In this document: in pieces, positions 49,196 through 59,336 of the stretch
How the letters are laid out: each line of letters opens with the position of its first letter
How positions within the stretch are numbered: position 1 is the stretch's first letter
Notes under the pieces: model-generated
What the model saw: only the letters and a program-made list of their open reading frames with translations
Database searches by the model: none
Told to the model about the DNA's origin: nothing
Source: Planctomycetota bacterium
GTDB lineage: Bacteria; Planctomycetota; Brocadiia; JAADGH01
DNA: 64,000 nucleotides
Assembly: GCA_040755855.1 (NCBI GenBank)
Contig: JBFMAD010000002.1
Span: forward strand, 243,705-307,704
Direction of reading: 5' to 3'
Translations under genes and position numbers: made by a program

Positions 49196-50184
49196 GGCTT
49201 GACATCCTTGTTCACCACAAATCTCGGCGGCTGGCCGGCGACGAAGCGGAGCATGTCTTCCAATATCTTCTCGCGGATGCTCCAGTTGGACTCCTCCGAG
49301 TACCACCCGAGGTGCGGCGTGAGGACGGCGTTGGGGAGTTTGAACAGTTCCATGTCGGGCGGCGGCGGTTCCTTATCATAGACGTCAATCCCCGCCCCGG
49401 CGATCCAGCCCTCCTTCAGCGCCTTGGCGAGGGCGACGAGGTCCACCACCGGCCCGCGAGATGTGTTGATGAGGAAGGCGGTCCTTTTCATCTGTTTGAG
49501 CTGCGCCTCGCCGATCATGCCGCGCGTCTCGTCGGTAAGCGGCGTGTGCATCGTGACAACGTCCGCCTCCTTGAGAACCTTCTCGAACGGCACGACCGAG
49601 ATGCCGAGTTCCTTCTTTCGTTTTTGCGAAAGATAGGGGTCGCATACGAGGACGTTCATCTCCAGGCCGCGCCCCTTGGTCAGCACGCAGCTTCCGATCC
49701 TGCCGCAGCCGACGATGCCGAGCGTCTTGCCCTTCAGGCTGTAGATCGGGTAGATCGGCGCAAAATCCCACTGGCCCTTCCGGCTGGAATCCTCCAGGAC
49801 CTTGCGCATGAGAAATACCTTCCGCGTGGCCGCGAAGATCAGCTCGATAGCATGCTCGGCCACCTCGTTGGGGCAGTAGTCGGGCACGTTGCCGACGCGG
49901 ATGCTCTTCTTCGTCGCGGCCTTGAGGTCCACGTTGTCGTACCCGATGCCGTGGCGGATGATCGTCTTGCACTTCTTCAACGAATTGATGACGCGCGCCG
50001 TCATGGGAGCCATGTTTACGACCACGCAGTCGGCGTCCTTGATCTTCTCGATGAGTTCGTCCTCGGACGAGTGCTTGAGTTGATAGGTCTCGAAAACGAT
50101 CTTGTCGAGGGGCAGGCGTTCCTTCTCCCACTCGAAGTCGGGTTCGAGGTGGTCGGTGATGACGATCTTGATCTTGTCAGCCAA
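49192..50184 (-). CDS. D-2-hydroxyacid dehydrogenase (CtBP/SerA-like)
   Basis: TTG start after AAAGGA; GIGYDNVD, GCGRIG, INTSRG and TPHLGW motifs. Confidence 0.92.
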   Translation of the reverse strand: MADKIKIVITDHLEPDFEWEKERLPLDKIVFETYQLKHSSEDELIEKIKDADCVVVNMAPMTARVINSLKKCKTIIRHGIGYDNVDLKAATKKSIRVGNVPDYCPNEVAEHAIELIFAATRKVFLMRKVLEDSSRKGQWDFAPIYPIYSLKGKTLGIVGCGRIGSCVLTKGRGLEMNVLVCDPYLSQKRKKELGISVVPFEKVLKEADVVTMHTPLTDETRGMIGEAQLKQMKRTAFLINTSRGPVVDLVALAKALKEGWIAGAGIDVYDKEPPPPDMELFKLPNAVLTPHLGWYSEESNWSIREKILEDMLRFVAGQPPRFVVNKDVKP

Positions 50185-50562
50185 GGCGAATTCCTTTCGG
50201 CAAATGATGGCCTGCATGATCGGTGAAACACGGAACGGCATGATATGTCCTGCCGTGAACCGTGTCAAGCCATTTGTCCATCTCGGATGTATGCAACTTT
50301 TATCGCTAATCTTTTTCCCCTCTCCATGAAATGGAGAGAGGAATAAGTTTGCGAATAATTCGGGTTAGAGATTTTTCTGTTTTTTTCAAACGCCTGCCGT
50401 TCCTTTATCGTCTTTAAGACACTGCTATTGTCGTGGCCGGACCGGAGTGGTTCGTTTAATGCCGTTCGGCCAAAATTTTTCCTTGCAATCAGCGCGCAAT
50501 TCATTATAATTTTGTGCTCGTCGTTTTGGGAAGGCTCGTTTCCGCAATGGAAGGAGGTCGCC

Positions 50563-51549
50563 TTGATCGAGGTTGATAGCCTGACGAAACGCTATGCGGA
50601 AACCGTTGCGGTGGACGCGGTTACGTTCAACGTGGAGGAGGGCGAGATCGTCGGTTTCCTCGGCCCCAACGGGGCGGGGAAGACGACGACGATGCGCATG
50701 CTCACCTGCTTCATGCCCGCCACATCGGGGACGGCGACCGTGGCGGGGTACGACATCTTCAGCCAGTCTCTTCAGGTCCGGCAGAACGTCGGCTACCTAC
50801 CCGAGAACAATCCGCTCTACCCCGAGATGCGCGTGCGCGAATATCTGAACTTCCGCGCCCGCATCAAGGGCGTGCCCCGCAAGGAACGCAAGGCGCGGAT
50901 CGAGGAACGCATGGAGCAGTGCGGCATTGATGACGTGAAGGGCCGCCTCATCGGCCACCTGTCGAAGGGCTACCGCCAGCGCGTGGGCCTGGCGGAGGCG
51001 CTCATCCACTCGCCCAAGATCCTCATCCTCGACGAGCCGACAGTCGGGCTGGACCCGAACCAGATCCGCGAGGCCCGCCAGCTCATCAAGGGCCTCGGTA
51101 AGGCCTATACGATCATGCTCTCTACCCATCGCTTAGAGGACGTGGAGGCGATCTGCGGGCGCGTGATCATCATCCACAAGGGCAAGATCATTGCATCGGA
51201 TACGCCCGATAACCTGCGGCAGCGCCTGGCTGGCGCGTTCACTGTGAAGATCGAGGTCCGTGGGCCGGGCGAACAGATCAACAAGGCCCTGGCGACGCTT
51301 CCCCACATTGCGCGCATCCAGCGCCATGACGCGGGAGAGATTGCCGAGTTCAGCATCGAGGCCAAGGAGGACGTCCGCGAGAGCATCTTCCAGTGCGTTG
51401 CGAAAAACGGGTGGACGCTCCGGGAGCTGCATCAGGAGCACCTGCGGCTCGAGGAGGTATTCGCGCAGATGACGGAGAAAGACCGCCCGCCGGCCTCCGC
51501 GAAGAAAGCCGTAGAAGAGGAAAGCCCCGAAAAGGAGGAAAAGAAATAG
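50563..51549 (+). CDS. ABC transporter ATP-binding protein (GldA-like)
   Basis: AAGGAGG plus TTG start; GPNGAGKT, LSKGYRQR and ILDEP motifs. Confidence 0.93.
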   Translation: MIEVDSLTKRYAETVAVDAVTFNVEEGEIVGFLGPNGAGKTTTMRMLTCFMPATSGTATVAGYDIFSQSLQVRQNVGYLPENNPLYPEMRVREYLNFRARIKGVPRKERKARIEERMEQCGIDDVKGRLIGHLSKGYRQRVGLAEALIHSPKILILDEPTVGLDPNQIREARQLIKGLGKAYTIMLSTHRLEDVEAICGRVIIIHKGKIIASDTPDNLRQRLAGAFTVKIEVRGPGEQINKALATLPHIARIQRHDAGEIAEFSIEAKEDVRESIFQCVAKNGWTLRELHQEHLRLEEVFAQMTEKDRPPASAKKAVEEESPEKEEKK

Positions 51550-51551
51550 CC

Positions 51552-52409
51552 ATGAGCAGCGCTGTTCTTTGCCAGTTGGCGGCGGGGTTCTTTTCCGAAC
51601 TGAAAAAGTTCGGCGGGTTTCCCTTCGCCACAGATCGCATTCTATTCTGGTGCATCCTGGCCGCCGTGCTGGCGGCATGCGTCGGCGCGTTTCGCTCGTC
51701 GGCGGTTCGGGCGCTTTTCCGAAGGGAGTTGAGCGCCTATTTCCTGTCGCCGATTGCCTATGTGGTACTGACGGTCTTCGTGCTGATCGCCAGCATCGTG
51801 TTCAACATGATGGTCCTGCGGGGAAGGATCAATGAAGTCTCGCCCGTCATCAACTTCATGTGCATCATGATGATCTTCATCTCCCCCGTGTTGACCATGC
51901 GCCTCTTTGCGGAGGAGTCGCGGTCGGGGACGATCGAGGTACTGATGACCGCCCCCATCACGGACGTCCAGGTGGTGGTGGCGAAGTACTTCGCGGCGCT
52001 GTTTTTCTACGCCTTTTTGTTCCTGCCCTCGCTGGCCTACCCGGCCGTCCTCTGTTGGCTGGGGGCGCCGGACGAAGGGGCGGTGTTCGCGGCTTACGTA
52101 GGGGCGCTGCTGGTCGGCGCCGTGTTCCTGTCGGTGGGGATACTCATCTCGTCGCTAACCAGCAACCAGATCGTGGCGGCGGTGGCGGGGATCATCTTCC
52201 TGTTCCTCCTCTGCATCGCCGGCAACTTCGTTCCGACCGGCACGCATTGGGTGCACCACACGCTGCGCTATCTGTCAATCTTCGGACATCTGGAGAATCT
52301 GCAGATGGGGGTTATGGACACGCGCGACCTCATCTTCTTCGTCTCCATGTCCGTATTTTTCCTGTTCCTGACCGTCCGATCCGTCGAAAGCCGCAAGTGG
52401 AGGTTGTGA
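51552..52409 (+). CDS. ABC-2 permease (GldF-like)
   Basis: RELSAYFLSPIAY, TMRLFAEE.RSGT.E.L.T.P and SSLT.NQI motifs. Confidence 0.9.
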   Translation: MSSAVLCQLAAGFFSELKKFGGFPFATDRILFWCILAAVLAACVGAFRSSAVRALFRRELSAYFLSPIAYVVLTVFVLIASIVFNMMVLRGRINEVSPVINFMCIMMIFISPVLTMRLFAEESRSGTIEVLMTAPITDVQVVVAKYFAALFFYAFLFLPSLAYPAVLCWLGAPDEGAVFAAYVGALLVGAVFLSVGILISSLTSNQIVAAVAGIIFLFLLCIAGNFVPTGTHWVHHTLRYLSIFGHLENLQMGVMDTRDLIFFVSMSVFFLFLTVRSVESRKWRL

Positions 52410-54235
52410 TGGGAAAGAGCACAGAGCAATCCCGCGACCGCCTGGCGATGTTGCTGGGCCTGATCCTCATCCTCGTCGCCCTCGGCCTGCTGGGGGCGCT
52501 CATCCCGATCTGGAGGAAGGTCGGCGCCTTCGATTGGGTGAAGGGGCTGCCCATCCAGTGGGGATCCATCAAGTTCGGCCTCGTCGTGGCGGCCCTTCTC
52601 CTCGCCCCTGCCGGGTTCATGTTGGCCGTCCTGGGCTGGAAGAAGGGCGTCGTCGCCGTCAACGTGGAACTGATGGTCATCCTGTGCGCCATCCTGCTGG
52701 CCATCGTCAGCGTCGTAAACACCCGTTACTACTACCGCGAGGACTGGACGGAGGTCGGCAAGTACGGCCTCTCCGACCAGACCATCGAGCTGCTCAAAAA
52801 GGGCCTGGACAAGCCCCTGACCATCACCGTCCTGGCCCATCCTTACGACCCCATCCCCCCCCGATACCAGCAGGTGCCCCTGGGGATGGACGGCTATACC
52901 TACCTGCGGCAGATACTCAAGGAATACCAGGCATACTCGGGCAAGGTCGAGGTCGTTCCTCTGGACATTGACGAGGACGTCGAGAAGATAGCCGAACTGT
53001 TCAAGAAACTCGATATCAAGGAGCGGCCGGCCCTGATCGTCCAATGCGGCGACAGACACGAGGCGGTTCCTCTGGACTCCATTGCGGAGGCGGTCGGGAA
53101 CCCCTATTCCCCCGAGCCCGGCGCCGTCCAGCGCAAGCTGAAGGTGGAAGATGCCGTCACCAGCGCGATCATGAAGCTGACCGATGAAAAACCCACGGAT
53201 CTCTGCTTTACGACCGGCCATGGGGAGAAGAACCCGGAAAACTACGAGCCGGAGGGCCTATCCGACATCCGAAAGCAACTGGAAAAGGCCAATTACAAGA
53301 TTCGGACGATTGACCTGACCAAGGAATCCGCTCCCGAAGGCTGTGTCCTCATTATAGCCGGCCCGCAGAAGGTGAAATTCCAGGATGTTGAAGTTGAGGC
53401 CGTTCGCAACTTCATCAAGGACGATCTGGGGCGGGTCCTGCTCCTGGTTGATCCGGTGTCCGAGACGGGGGCCGAATGCGGCTTGGCGGAAATCCTCCGG
53501 GACTATGACGTAACCCTTCGGCAGGACGCGACCGTCGTGACCCTGGGGCTCAATCGCATGTTGCAGGCAATGCTCACCACGCAGGCCCAGGCCTACTGCG
53601 ATGAAGCGGCGGCGGACAACGAGATCGTGGCCAAACTGCGCGACTATGCCTTCCTGTTCCTCCAGGCATGCTGCCTGGAGACCAAGCCGGCGACGCCGGG
53701 CGAGCCGCCGAGCAGCGAACTCAAGGCGACCCCCATACTTAAGATCGCCGAGCAGATGAAGATCGAAGGGGCCGGCCAGGACATCAAGGGCGCATGGGGC
53801 GAGACAAACCTCAAGGAGGGCGAGAACCTCCGGTTCGACGCCGACAAGGGCGACATCGCTCCGCCGCTGACCGTCGGCGTCGTCGTCGAGCCGGCCGCGC
53901 CGAAACCGCCAAGCCCCTACATGCCCGCCCCGCCCCCGGGCGAGACGCCCCCCGGCCCGCGAATCGTGGTCATAGGGGATTCGGACTTCGCATCGAACCG
54001 GTTCGCCAAGGACCGGACGTCGCACGTGGCGCTCTTCTCGAACTGCGTGGCGTGGCTCGCGGCGAAGAAGGGCAAGCTGGGCATCCCGCCGAAGGACATT
54101 GACACGAGGCGGCTGGACCTCGACGCGGTCACGGGACCGTGGAGGGGGTTCTGGATCGTGGTGTTTGTCGTGGTCGCCCCGACGATGGTCGGGGTCGTGC
54201 TGGGCGCGATTGTCTGGGTCCTCAGAAGAAAATAG
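52409..54235 (+). CDS. ABC auxiliary component (GldG-like)
   Basis: D.T....Y.LS.QT, TGHGE, IAGP and V.GDSDF..N motifs; C-terminal TM helix. Confidence 0.88.
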   Translation: MGKSTEQSRDRLAMLLGLILILVALGLLGALIPIWRKVGAFDWVKGLPIQWGSIKFGLVVAALLLAPAGFMLAVLGWKKGVVAVNVELMVILCAILLAIVSVVNTRYYYREDWTEVGKYGLSDQTIELLKKGLDKPLTITVLAHPYDPIPPRYQQVPLGMDGYTYLRQILKEYQAYSGKVEVVPLDIDEDVEKIAELFKKLDIKERPALIVQCGDRHEAVPLDSIAEAVGNPYSPEPGAVQRKLKVEDAVTSAIMKLTDEKPTDLCFTTGHGEKNPENYEPEGLSDIRKQLEKANYKIRTIDLTKESAPEGCVLIIAGPQKVKFQDVEVEAVRNFIKDDLGRVLLLVDPVSETGAECGLAEILRDYDVTLRQDATVVTLGLNRMLQAMLTTQAQAYCDEAAADNEIVAKLRDYAFLFLQACCLETKPATPGEPPSSELKATPILKIAEQMKIEGAGQDIKGAWGETNLKEGENLRFDADKGDIAPPLTVGVVVEPAAPKPPSPYMPAPPPGETPPGPRIVVIGDSDFASNRFAKDRTSHVALFSNCVAWLAAKKGKLGIPPKDIDTRRLDLDAVTGPWRGFWIVVFVVVAPTMVGVVLGAIVWVLRRK

Positions 54236-54244
54236 CCAAGGGGT

Positions 54245-54337
54245 ATTTTCAATTTTCGATTTTGGGATGATAAACGCACGGGCATATCTGTCTCGCATCA
54301 ATCGAAAATCGGCAATCGTAAATCGCAAATCCGATTC
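54245..54337. repeat. Inverted clusters of AATCGNN heptamers
   Basis: attttcaattttcgattttg ... aatcgaa aatcggc aatcgta aatcgca aatccga. Confidence 0.65.
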
Positions 54338-54361
54338 GGTCGGCAACGGAGGCGTTGAACA

Positions 54362-56803
54362 ATGAATTTCAGAACGACGTTGGTGCTGCTGGGTCTTGTC
54401 ATTGTGGCCGGTGCGGCCGCGCTGATTCTCCACTTCAAAGTCCCCCCGACGGAAAAGGCCAAGGAACTGGAGAAGAAGATATTCCAGGACTACGATTCCG
54501 CGGACGCCGTGAAGCTCGAGATCAAGGCGAAGGACAAGACGCTCGCCTTCGAGAAGAAGGACGACAAGTGGCACATGAGCGGCCCCCTCAAGGTGCGCGC
54601 CGACAAGAGCAACGTCATGGGCGTCCTTGACGCCTGCGAGAGCATGGAGAAGGTTCGGACCGTCGAGTCCAAGAAGGGCGAGGCAATGGACCCGGCGAAG
54701 TACGGCCTGAAGACCCCGCAGGCGACCGTCGTCTTCTGGGCCAAGCCGAAGGACGCGAAAGAGGAGACAAAGCGCACATTGCTCGTGGGCGGCGCGACCC
54801 CGGGCGGCAAGAACATCTATGTCCAGGTGGAGGGCAAGGACCCGATCTACGTCGTCGAAGACGCGATCCTCGAGAAGGCGAACAAGGACGTGAACGACTT
54901 CCGCGACAAGACGGTCATCGAGATCGAGACCTCGGACGTGGAGAAGATCGAGGTCGCCCTGGCCGACGCCAAGCCGATCGAGTGCGCCAAGAAGGACAAG
55001 GAAGGCTGGCTCGTCGCGCAGCCGATCAACGACCTGGGCGACAAGGACGAGATCGAGAAAATCATCAACAAACTCCGCGACCTGAAGGTGGAGAAGGACG
55101 ATTTCCTCAGCGAGGACGAGTCGGACCTCAAGAAGTACGGCCTTGACAAGCCCCGGGCGACGGCGACGGTTTACCAGAAAGGCGCGGCAAAGACGCTCCT
55201 CATCGGCAAGGGCGTCGAGGGCAAGGCCGACAAGGTCTACGCTAAAGGCAAGGCCGAGGCCTCGATCCTGGCCGTGAAGAAGGACATCCTGGACGACCTG
55301 AAGAAGGAGCCGAAGGACCTGCGCAGCAAGAAGGTGGTGAACCTCGTCTCCACAAGCGACGTCAACAAGATCGAGATCAAGCGCGGCGACGAGGCAATCG
55401 TCGTCGAGAAAAAAGATGACAAGTGGACGGTCGTCAAGCCGACGGAGGAGAAGGCCGACAGCGGCAGCGTGGACGAGTTCCTCGATGCGGTGAAGGACCT
55501 CAAGGTCGAGGAGTGGGCCGCCGAGAAGGCCGACGATCTGAAGAAGTATGGCCTGGACAAGCCAGTCGCTGTGACCCTTTCCTTCAAAGACAAGGACAAC
55601 GAGCCCCTCACGTTTCTCGCCGGGAGCAAGGACGCGAAAGGCGAGAAACTCTACGCGAAGCGCGGGGCGAACGACGTGATCCTCGTCGTGAACGCGAGCG
55701 TCTATGACAAGCACCTCAAGAGCGGGCGCCTCGCCTTCCGCGAGAAGAAGGTCCTTGAATTCACCCGGTCCGACGCCAAGAAGCTGACCGTGACGCGGAA
55801 GGACAAGACCTTCGTCTGCGTAGCGGACGACAAGGGCGACTGGAACCTCGATGCGCCGATCAAGGCGAAGGGCGACAAGGGGAGCATTGATAGCATCCTA
55901 TGGGACCTGTCCTATCTGAAGGCCAACCAGTTCGTCGCAGAGGACCCGAAGGACCTGAAGCCCTACGGCCTCGACAAGCCGGACATCACGGCCGCGGTCG
56001 AGTATCAGGTCGAGGTCAAGGAAGAAAAGAAAGATGAGAAGAAAGGCGACGACAAGGCCGAGAAGAAGGACGAGACCAAGGACAAGCCCAAGGACGAAAA
56101 TAAAGAGGACAAGAAGCCGGAGAAGAAGATCGAGACGGCGACGCTCCTTATCGGCAAGAAGGACGAGAGCGGCGACTATTATGCGATGATGAAAGACGGC
56201 AAGTTCGTATTCACCATCCGCAGTTCCAACATCGAGCATCTCGAGGAGGAACTGGCCTCGAAGGAAGTCTGCAAGTTCGACAAGGAGATCGCCACCAAAC
56301 TCGTCCTGAACTATCCATCGAAGGAGGTCGTTTACGAGAAGAAGGCCGACCAGGACAACAAGTGGTGGATGGTCAAGCCCATCGAGAAGAAGGCCACGCA
56401 GTCCGACGTGGACGACGTCCTGAGCGACTTGGACGAGTTCAGCGCGGCCGGCATTGAGACATATGCCGCCAAGGACCTGGCGAAGTACGGCTTGTCCAAG
56501 CCGTCGCTGAAGATCACCGTCACCCTCCGCGGCGAGGCGGAGAAAGTGATTATCATCGGCGGCAGGAAGAAGGACAAGGAGCAGTATTTCGTTCGGTGCC
56601 AGCCGTCGGACTTTGTCTTCCTCGTTGACGAGGCTGACGTCAAGCGGCTGAGGAAGGAAGACCCGGAGCTGCCGAAGAAGGAAGAACCAAAAGCGGAGCC
56701 GACCCCGGTTAAACCAAAAACAGAGGCCAAGCCCGCTCCGCCGAAGCCCAAGCCCGCAGCCGGGAAGAAACCCGCCCCCGCGCCGGCGGCAACCCCCAAA
56801 TAG
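54362..56803 (+). CDS. DUF4340 repeat protein (five units), membrane-anchored
   Basis: N-terminal TM helix; five D(L/P)..YGL..P motifs; K/E/D-rich; usual position after GldG-like genes. Confidence 0.85.
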   Translation: MNFRTTLVLLGLVIVAGAAALILHFKVPPTEKAKELEKKIFQDYDSADAVKLEIKAKDKTLAFEKKDDKWHMSGPLKVRADKSNVMGVLDACESMEKVRTVESKKGEAMDPAKYGLKTPQATVVFWAKPKDAKEETKRTLLVGGATPGGKNIYVQVEGKDPIYVVEDAILEKANKDVNDFRDKTVIEIETSDVEKIEVALADAKPIECAKKDKEGWLVAQPINDLGDKDEIEKIINKLRDLKVEKDDFLSEDESDLKKYGLDKPRATATVYQKGAAKTLLIGKGVEGKADKVYAKGKAEASILAVKKDILDDLKKEPKDLRSKKVVNLVSTSDVNKIEIKRGDEAIVVEKKDDKWTVVKPTEEKADSGSVDEFLDAVKDLKVEEWAAEKADDLKKYGLDKPVAVTLSFKDKDNEPLTFLAGSKDAKGEKLYAKRGANDVILVVNASVYDKHLKSGRLAFREKKVLEFTRSDAKKLTVTRKDKTFVCVADDKGDWNLDAPIKAKGDKGSIDSILWDLSYLKANQFVAEDPKDLKPYGLDKPDITAAVEYQVEVKEEKKDEKKGDDKAEKKDETKDKPKDENKEDKKPEKKIETATLLIGKKDESGDYYAMMKDGKFVFTIRSSNIEHLEEELASKEVCKFDKEIATKLVLNYPSKEVVYEKKADQDNKWWMVKPIEKKATQSDVDDVLSDLDEFSAAGIETYAAKDLAKYGLSKPSLKITVTLRGEAEKVIIIGGRKKDKEQYFVRCQPSDFVFLVDEADVKRLRKEDPELPKKEEPKAEPTPVKPKTEAKPAPPKPKPAAGKKPAPAPAATPK

Positions 56804-56814
56804 CGCTACCGAGC

Positions 56815-56847
56815 AACCTCCCGGAGGTTCCAAACCTCCGGGAGGTT
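56815..56847. repeat. Perfect 15-bp hairpin (REP-like, possible terminator)
   Basis: AACCTCCCGGAGGTT-cca-AACCTCCGGGAGGTT. Confidence 0.7.
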
Positions 56848-56961
56848 TGCCGTTCGCTTTCCGCAATCGAAATGATTTCGACAGGGATATTGCTCTCTCC
56901 CTGTGCTATGCTATAATAATTTTATTGGGGAAGATAATCCGTTTTCTGCCGGAAATTCACT

Positions 56962-58338
56962 ATGACATGCAGTCCTTGCCATGGAATTCGCCTCACTCCC
57001 GCGCTTGTCGCTGTGCTCGTCCTGGCGAGCGCAATGTGGGCCCAGGAGGCCCGCAGCCGCCGCCGCACGCCCGTCGTTGAGGCCGTCCAGCAGACGGCGG
57101 ACACCGTGGCGAATCTCAGCACCGAGCGGATTCGCGTCATTCGATACTATGACTCCCCCTTCAGCTTCCGCGACCGTTTCCTCAACCGGTACTTCGACGA
57201 TTACTTTGGCCGCTACACCGACCGCCAGTACAAGGTCGAGTCCCCCATCGGCTCCGGCGTCATCATAGACAAGAGCGGCTATATCCTCACCAATGACCAC
57301 GTCGTGAGCAAGGCGTCGGGCCTCAAGATCACGCTCTCCGACAAGTCGCAGTATGAAGGAACGCTCGTCAGCTCCGATCCCGCCAACGACCTGGCCGTCA
57401 TCAAGATCGAATCGAAGAAGCCTCTTCACGAGATCAATCTCGGCAAGGGCGACGACCTGATGCTCGGCGAGACGGTCATCGCCCTGGGCAATCCCATCGG
57501 GTTGGAGAACAGCGTCACCACCGGCGTCATCAGCGCCCTCAACCGCGAGCTGACCCTCCGCGGCGACGAAGGAGAAATCACCTACAAGGGCCTCATCCAG
57601 ACCGACGCCGCCATCAACCCCGGCAACAGCGGCGGGCCGCTCATCAACTTAGACGGCGAGCTCATCGGCATCAACACCGCCATCGTGGACGCCGCTCAGG
57701 GCATCGGTTTCGCCATCCCCGTCAGCCAGGTGCGGAAGATCCTCAACGATCTCCTCAACTTCCGAAAACTGATCAACGCATGGATTGGCATGAAGGTCGT
57801 GGACTCGAAGGATGGCGTCAAGGTGGACTCGGTGGCCGAGACCGGCCCGGCCAGGAAGGCCGGCGTACTGCCCGGCGACGTCCTCGTCTCCGTTGACGGC
57901 CTGCCCCTCGACAGCGTTCTGACATTTACCAAACACATGGTTGGAAAGCATGTGGGCGACGCAATTACGTTCCAGATCAAGAGAGGGACGCGGACCGTTG
58001 CCACCCGCATCACGATTGAACAAGCGCCGAAGCCTTCTGCACAGAAACTCGCGCTACAGCTCTTTGGGCTTAGGGTGCAGGACCTCACAGCCGATCTGGT
58101 CCGCGAGCTCCGCCTGCGGGTCGGCTCGGGCGTGCTGGTCTTCGGCCTGGAGCCGGACAGCCCCGCGGCTCGGATCAACATGCAGTCCGGCGACGTCATC
58201 GTTCAGGCCCGCGGCCAGCGGGTGAATAATCTGGAAGAGCTGGGCGTCGTCCTGGATAATATCCGCTCCGGCGAGACGGTGGATATCTGGGTCGTCCGCG
58301 GCCCATACCTTATGAATGCCCAAATGCGGGCGCGTTGA
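56962..58338 (+). CDS. HtrA/DegP-like serine protease with two PDZ domains
   Basis: GSGVII, TNDHVV, DLAVIKI and QTDAAINPGNSGGPL motifs. Confidence 0.93.
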   Translation: MTCSPCHGIRLTPALVAVLVLASAMWAQEARSRRRTPVVEAVQQTADTVANLSTERIRVIRYYDSPFSFRDRFLNRYFDDYFGRYTDRQYKVESPIGSGVIIDKSGYILTNDHVVSKASGLKITLSDKSQYEGTLVSSDPANDLAVIKIESKKPLHEINLGKGDDLMLGETVIALGNPIGLENSVTTGVISALNRELTLRGDEGEITYKGLIQTDAAINPGNSGGPLINLDGELIGINTAIVDAAQGIGFAIPVSQVRKILNDLLNFRKLINAWIGMKVVDSKDGVKVDSVAETGPARKAGVLPGDVLVSVDGLPLDSVLTFTKHMVGKHVGDAITFQIKRGTRTVATRITIEQAPKPSAQKLALQLFGLRVQDLTADLVRELRLRVGSGVLVFGLEPDSPAARINMQSGDVIVQARGQRVNNLEELGVVLDNIRSGETVDIWVVRGPYLMNAQMRAR

Positions 58339-58344
58339 GGAGCC

Positions 58345-59334
58345 ATGGACCAAGACATCAAGGCAATTACCGACAAAATTCGTGAGGAAGGCGCCTTTTT
58401 GGAGATGCTGACGAGAGAAATTGGGCAGGTTATCGTCGGCCAGAAGTACCTCATCGAGCGACTGCTCGTGGGACTCCTGGCCAACGGCCATATCCTGCTG
58501 GAGGGCGTGCCCGGCCTGGCCAAGACCCTCTCCGTCCGCACCCTCGCCGGCGCGCTCAAGGCAAAATTCCAGCGCATCCAGTTCACGCCCGACCTCCTGC
58601 CGGCCGACCTCGTGGGCACGATGGTCTATAATCCCCGCAGCGGGGACTTCACCACGAAGAAGGGGCCGCTTTTCGCAAACATCATCCTCGCCGACGAGAT
58701 CAACCGCGCCCCGGCCAAGGTGCAGAGCGCCCTCCTGGAGGCCATGCAGGAGAAGCAGGTCACCATCGGCGCGGAAACCTTCAAGCTGGACGAGCCCTTC
58801 CTCGTCCTCGCCACTCAAAACCCTATCGAGCAGGAAGGCACCTACCCCCTCCCCGAGGCGCAGGTGGACCGCTTCATGCTCAAGCTCAAGATCACCTATC
58901 CCGACAAGGCGGAGGAACGGGCGATCGTGGACCGCATGGGCGTGACCGACAAGCGCTTCGACGTCAAGCCGATCATCGGGCCGGACGACGTGCTCCGGGC
59001 GCGCAAGGTGGTGGACTCGGTCTACATTGACGACAAGCTCAAGGACTACATCGTGGACATCGTCTTCGCCACGCGGCAGCCGTCGAAGTTCGGCCTGGAC
59101 CTGGATCAGTACATCGAGTACGGCGCGTCGCCGAGGGCAAGCATCTACCTCACCCTCGCCGCGAAGGCCCATGCCTTTCTGAACGCCCGGGGTTATGTGA
59201 CCCCGCACGATGTGAAATCCATCGGCATGGACGTGCTGCGCCACCGCGTCATCGTCAGCTATGAGGCCGAGGCGGAGGACCTGACCTCCGAGGACATCGT
59301 CCAACAGATTTTTGACAATGTCGAAGTCCCGTAA
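58345..59334 (+). CDS. moxR: MoxR-family AAA+ ATPase
   Basis: GVPGLAKT, RIQFTPDLLP, DEINRA and ATQNPIEQEGTYPLPEAQ.DRF motifs. Confidence 0.96.
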   Translation: MDQDIKAITDKIREEGAFLEMLTREIGQVIVGQKYLIERLLVGLLANGHILLEGVPGLAKTLSVRTLAGALKAKFQRIQFTPDLLPADLVGTMVYNPRSGDFTTKKGPLFANIILADEINRAPAKVQSALLEAMQEKQVTIGAETFKLDEPFLVLATQNPIEQEGTYPLPEAQVDRFMLKLKITYPDKAEERAIVDRMGVTDKRFDVKPIIGPDDVLRARKVVDSVYIDDKLKDYIVDIVFATRQPSKFGLDLDQYIEYGASPRASIYLTLAAKAHAFLNARGYVTPHDVKSIGMDVLRHRVIVSYEAEAEDLTSEDIVQQIFDNVEVP

Positions 59335-59336
59335 CC

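Noticed and set aside
50563..54235. Gliding motility function
   Set aside because: GldA/F/G-like ABC systems are widespread; no T9SS or GldJ-N genes are in the window.
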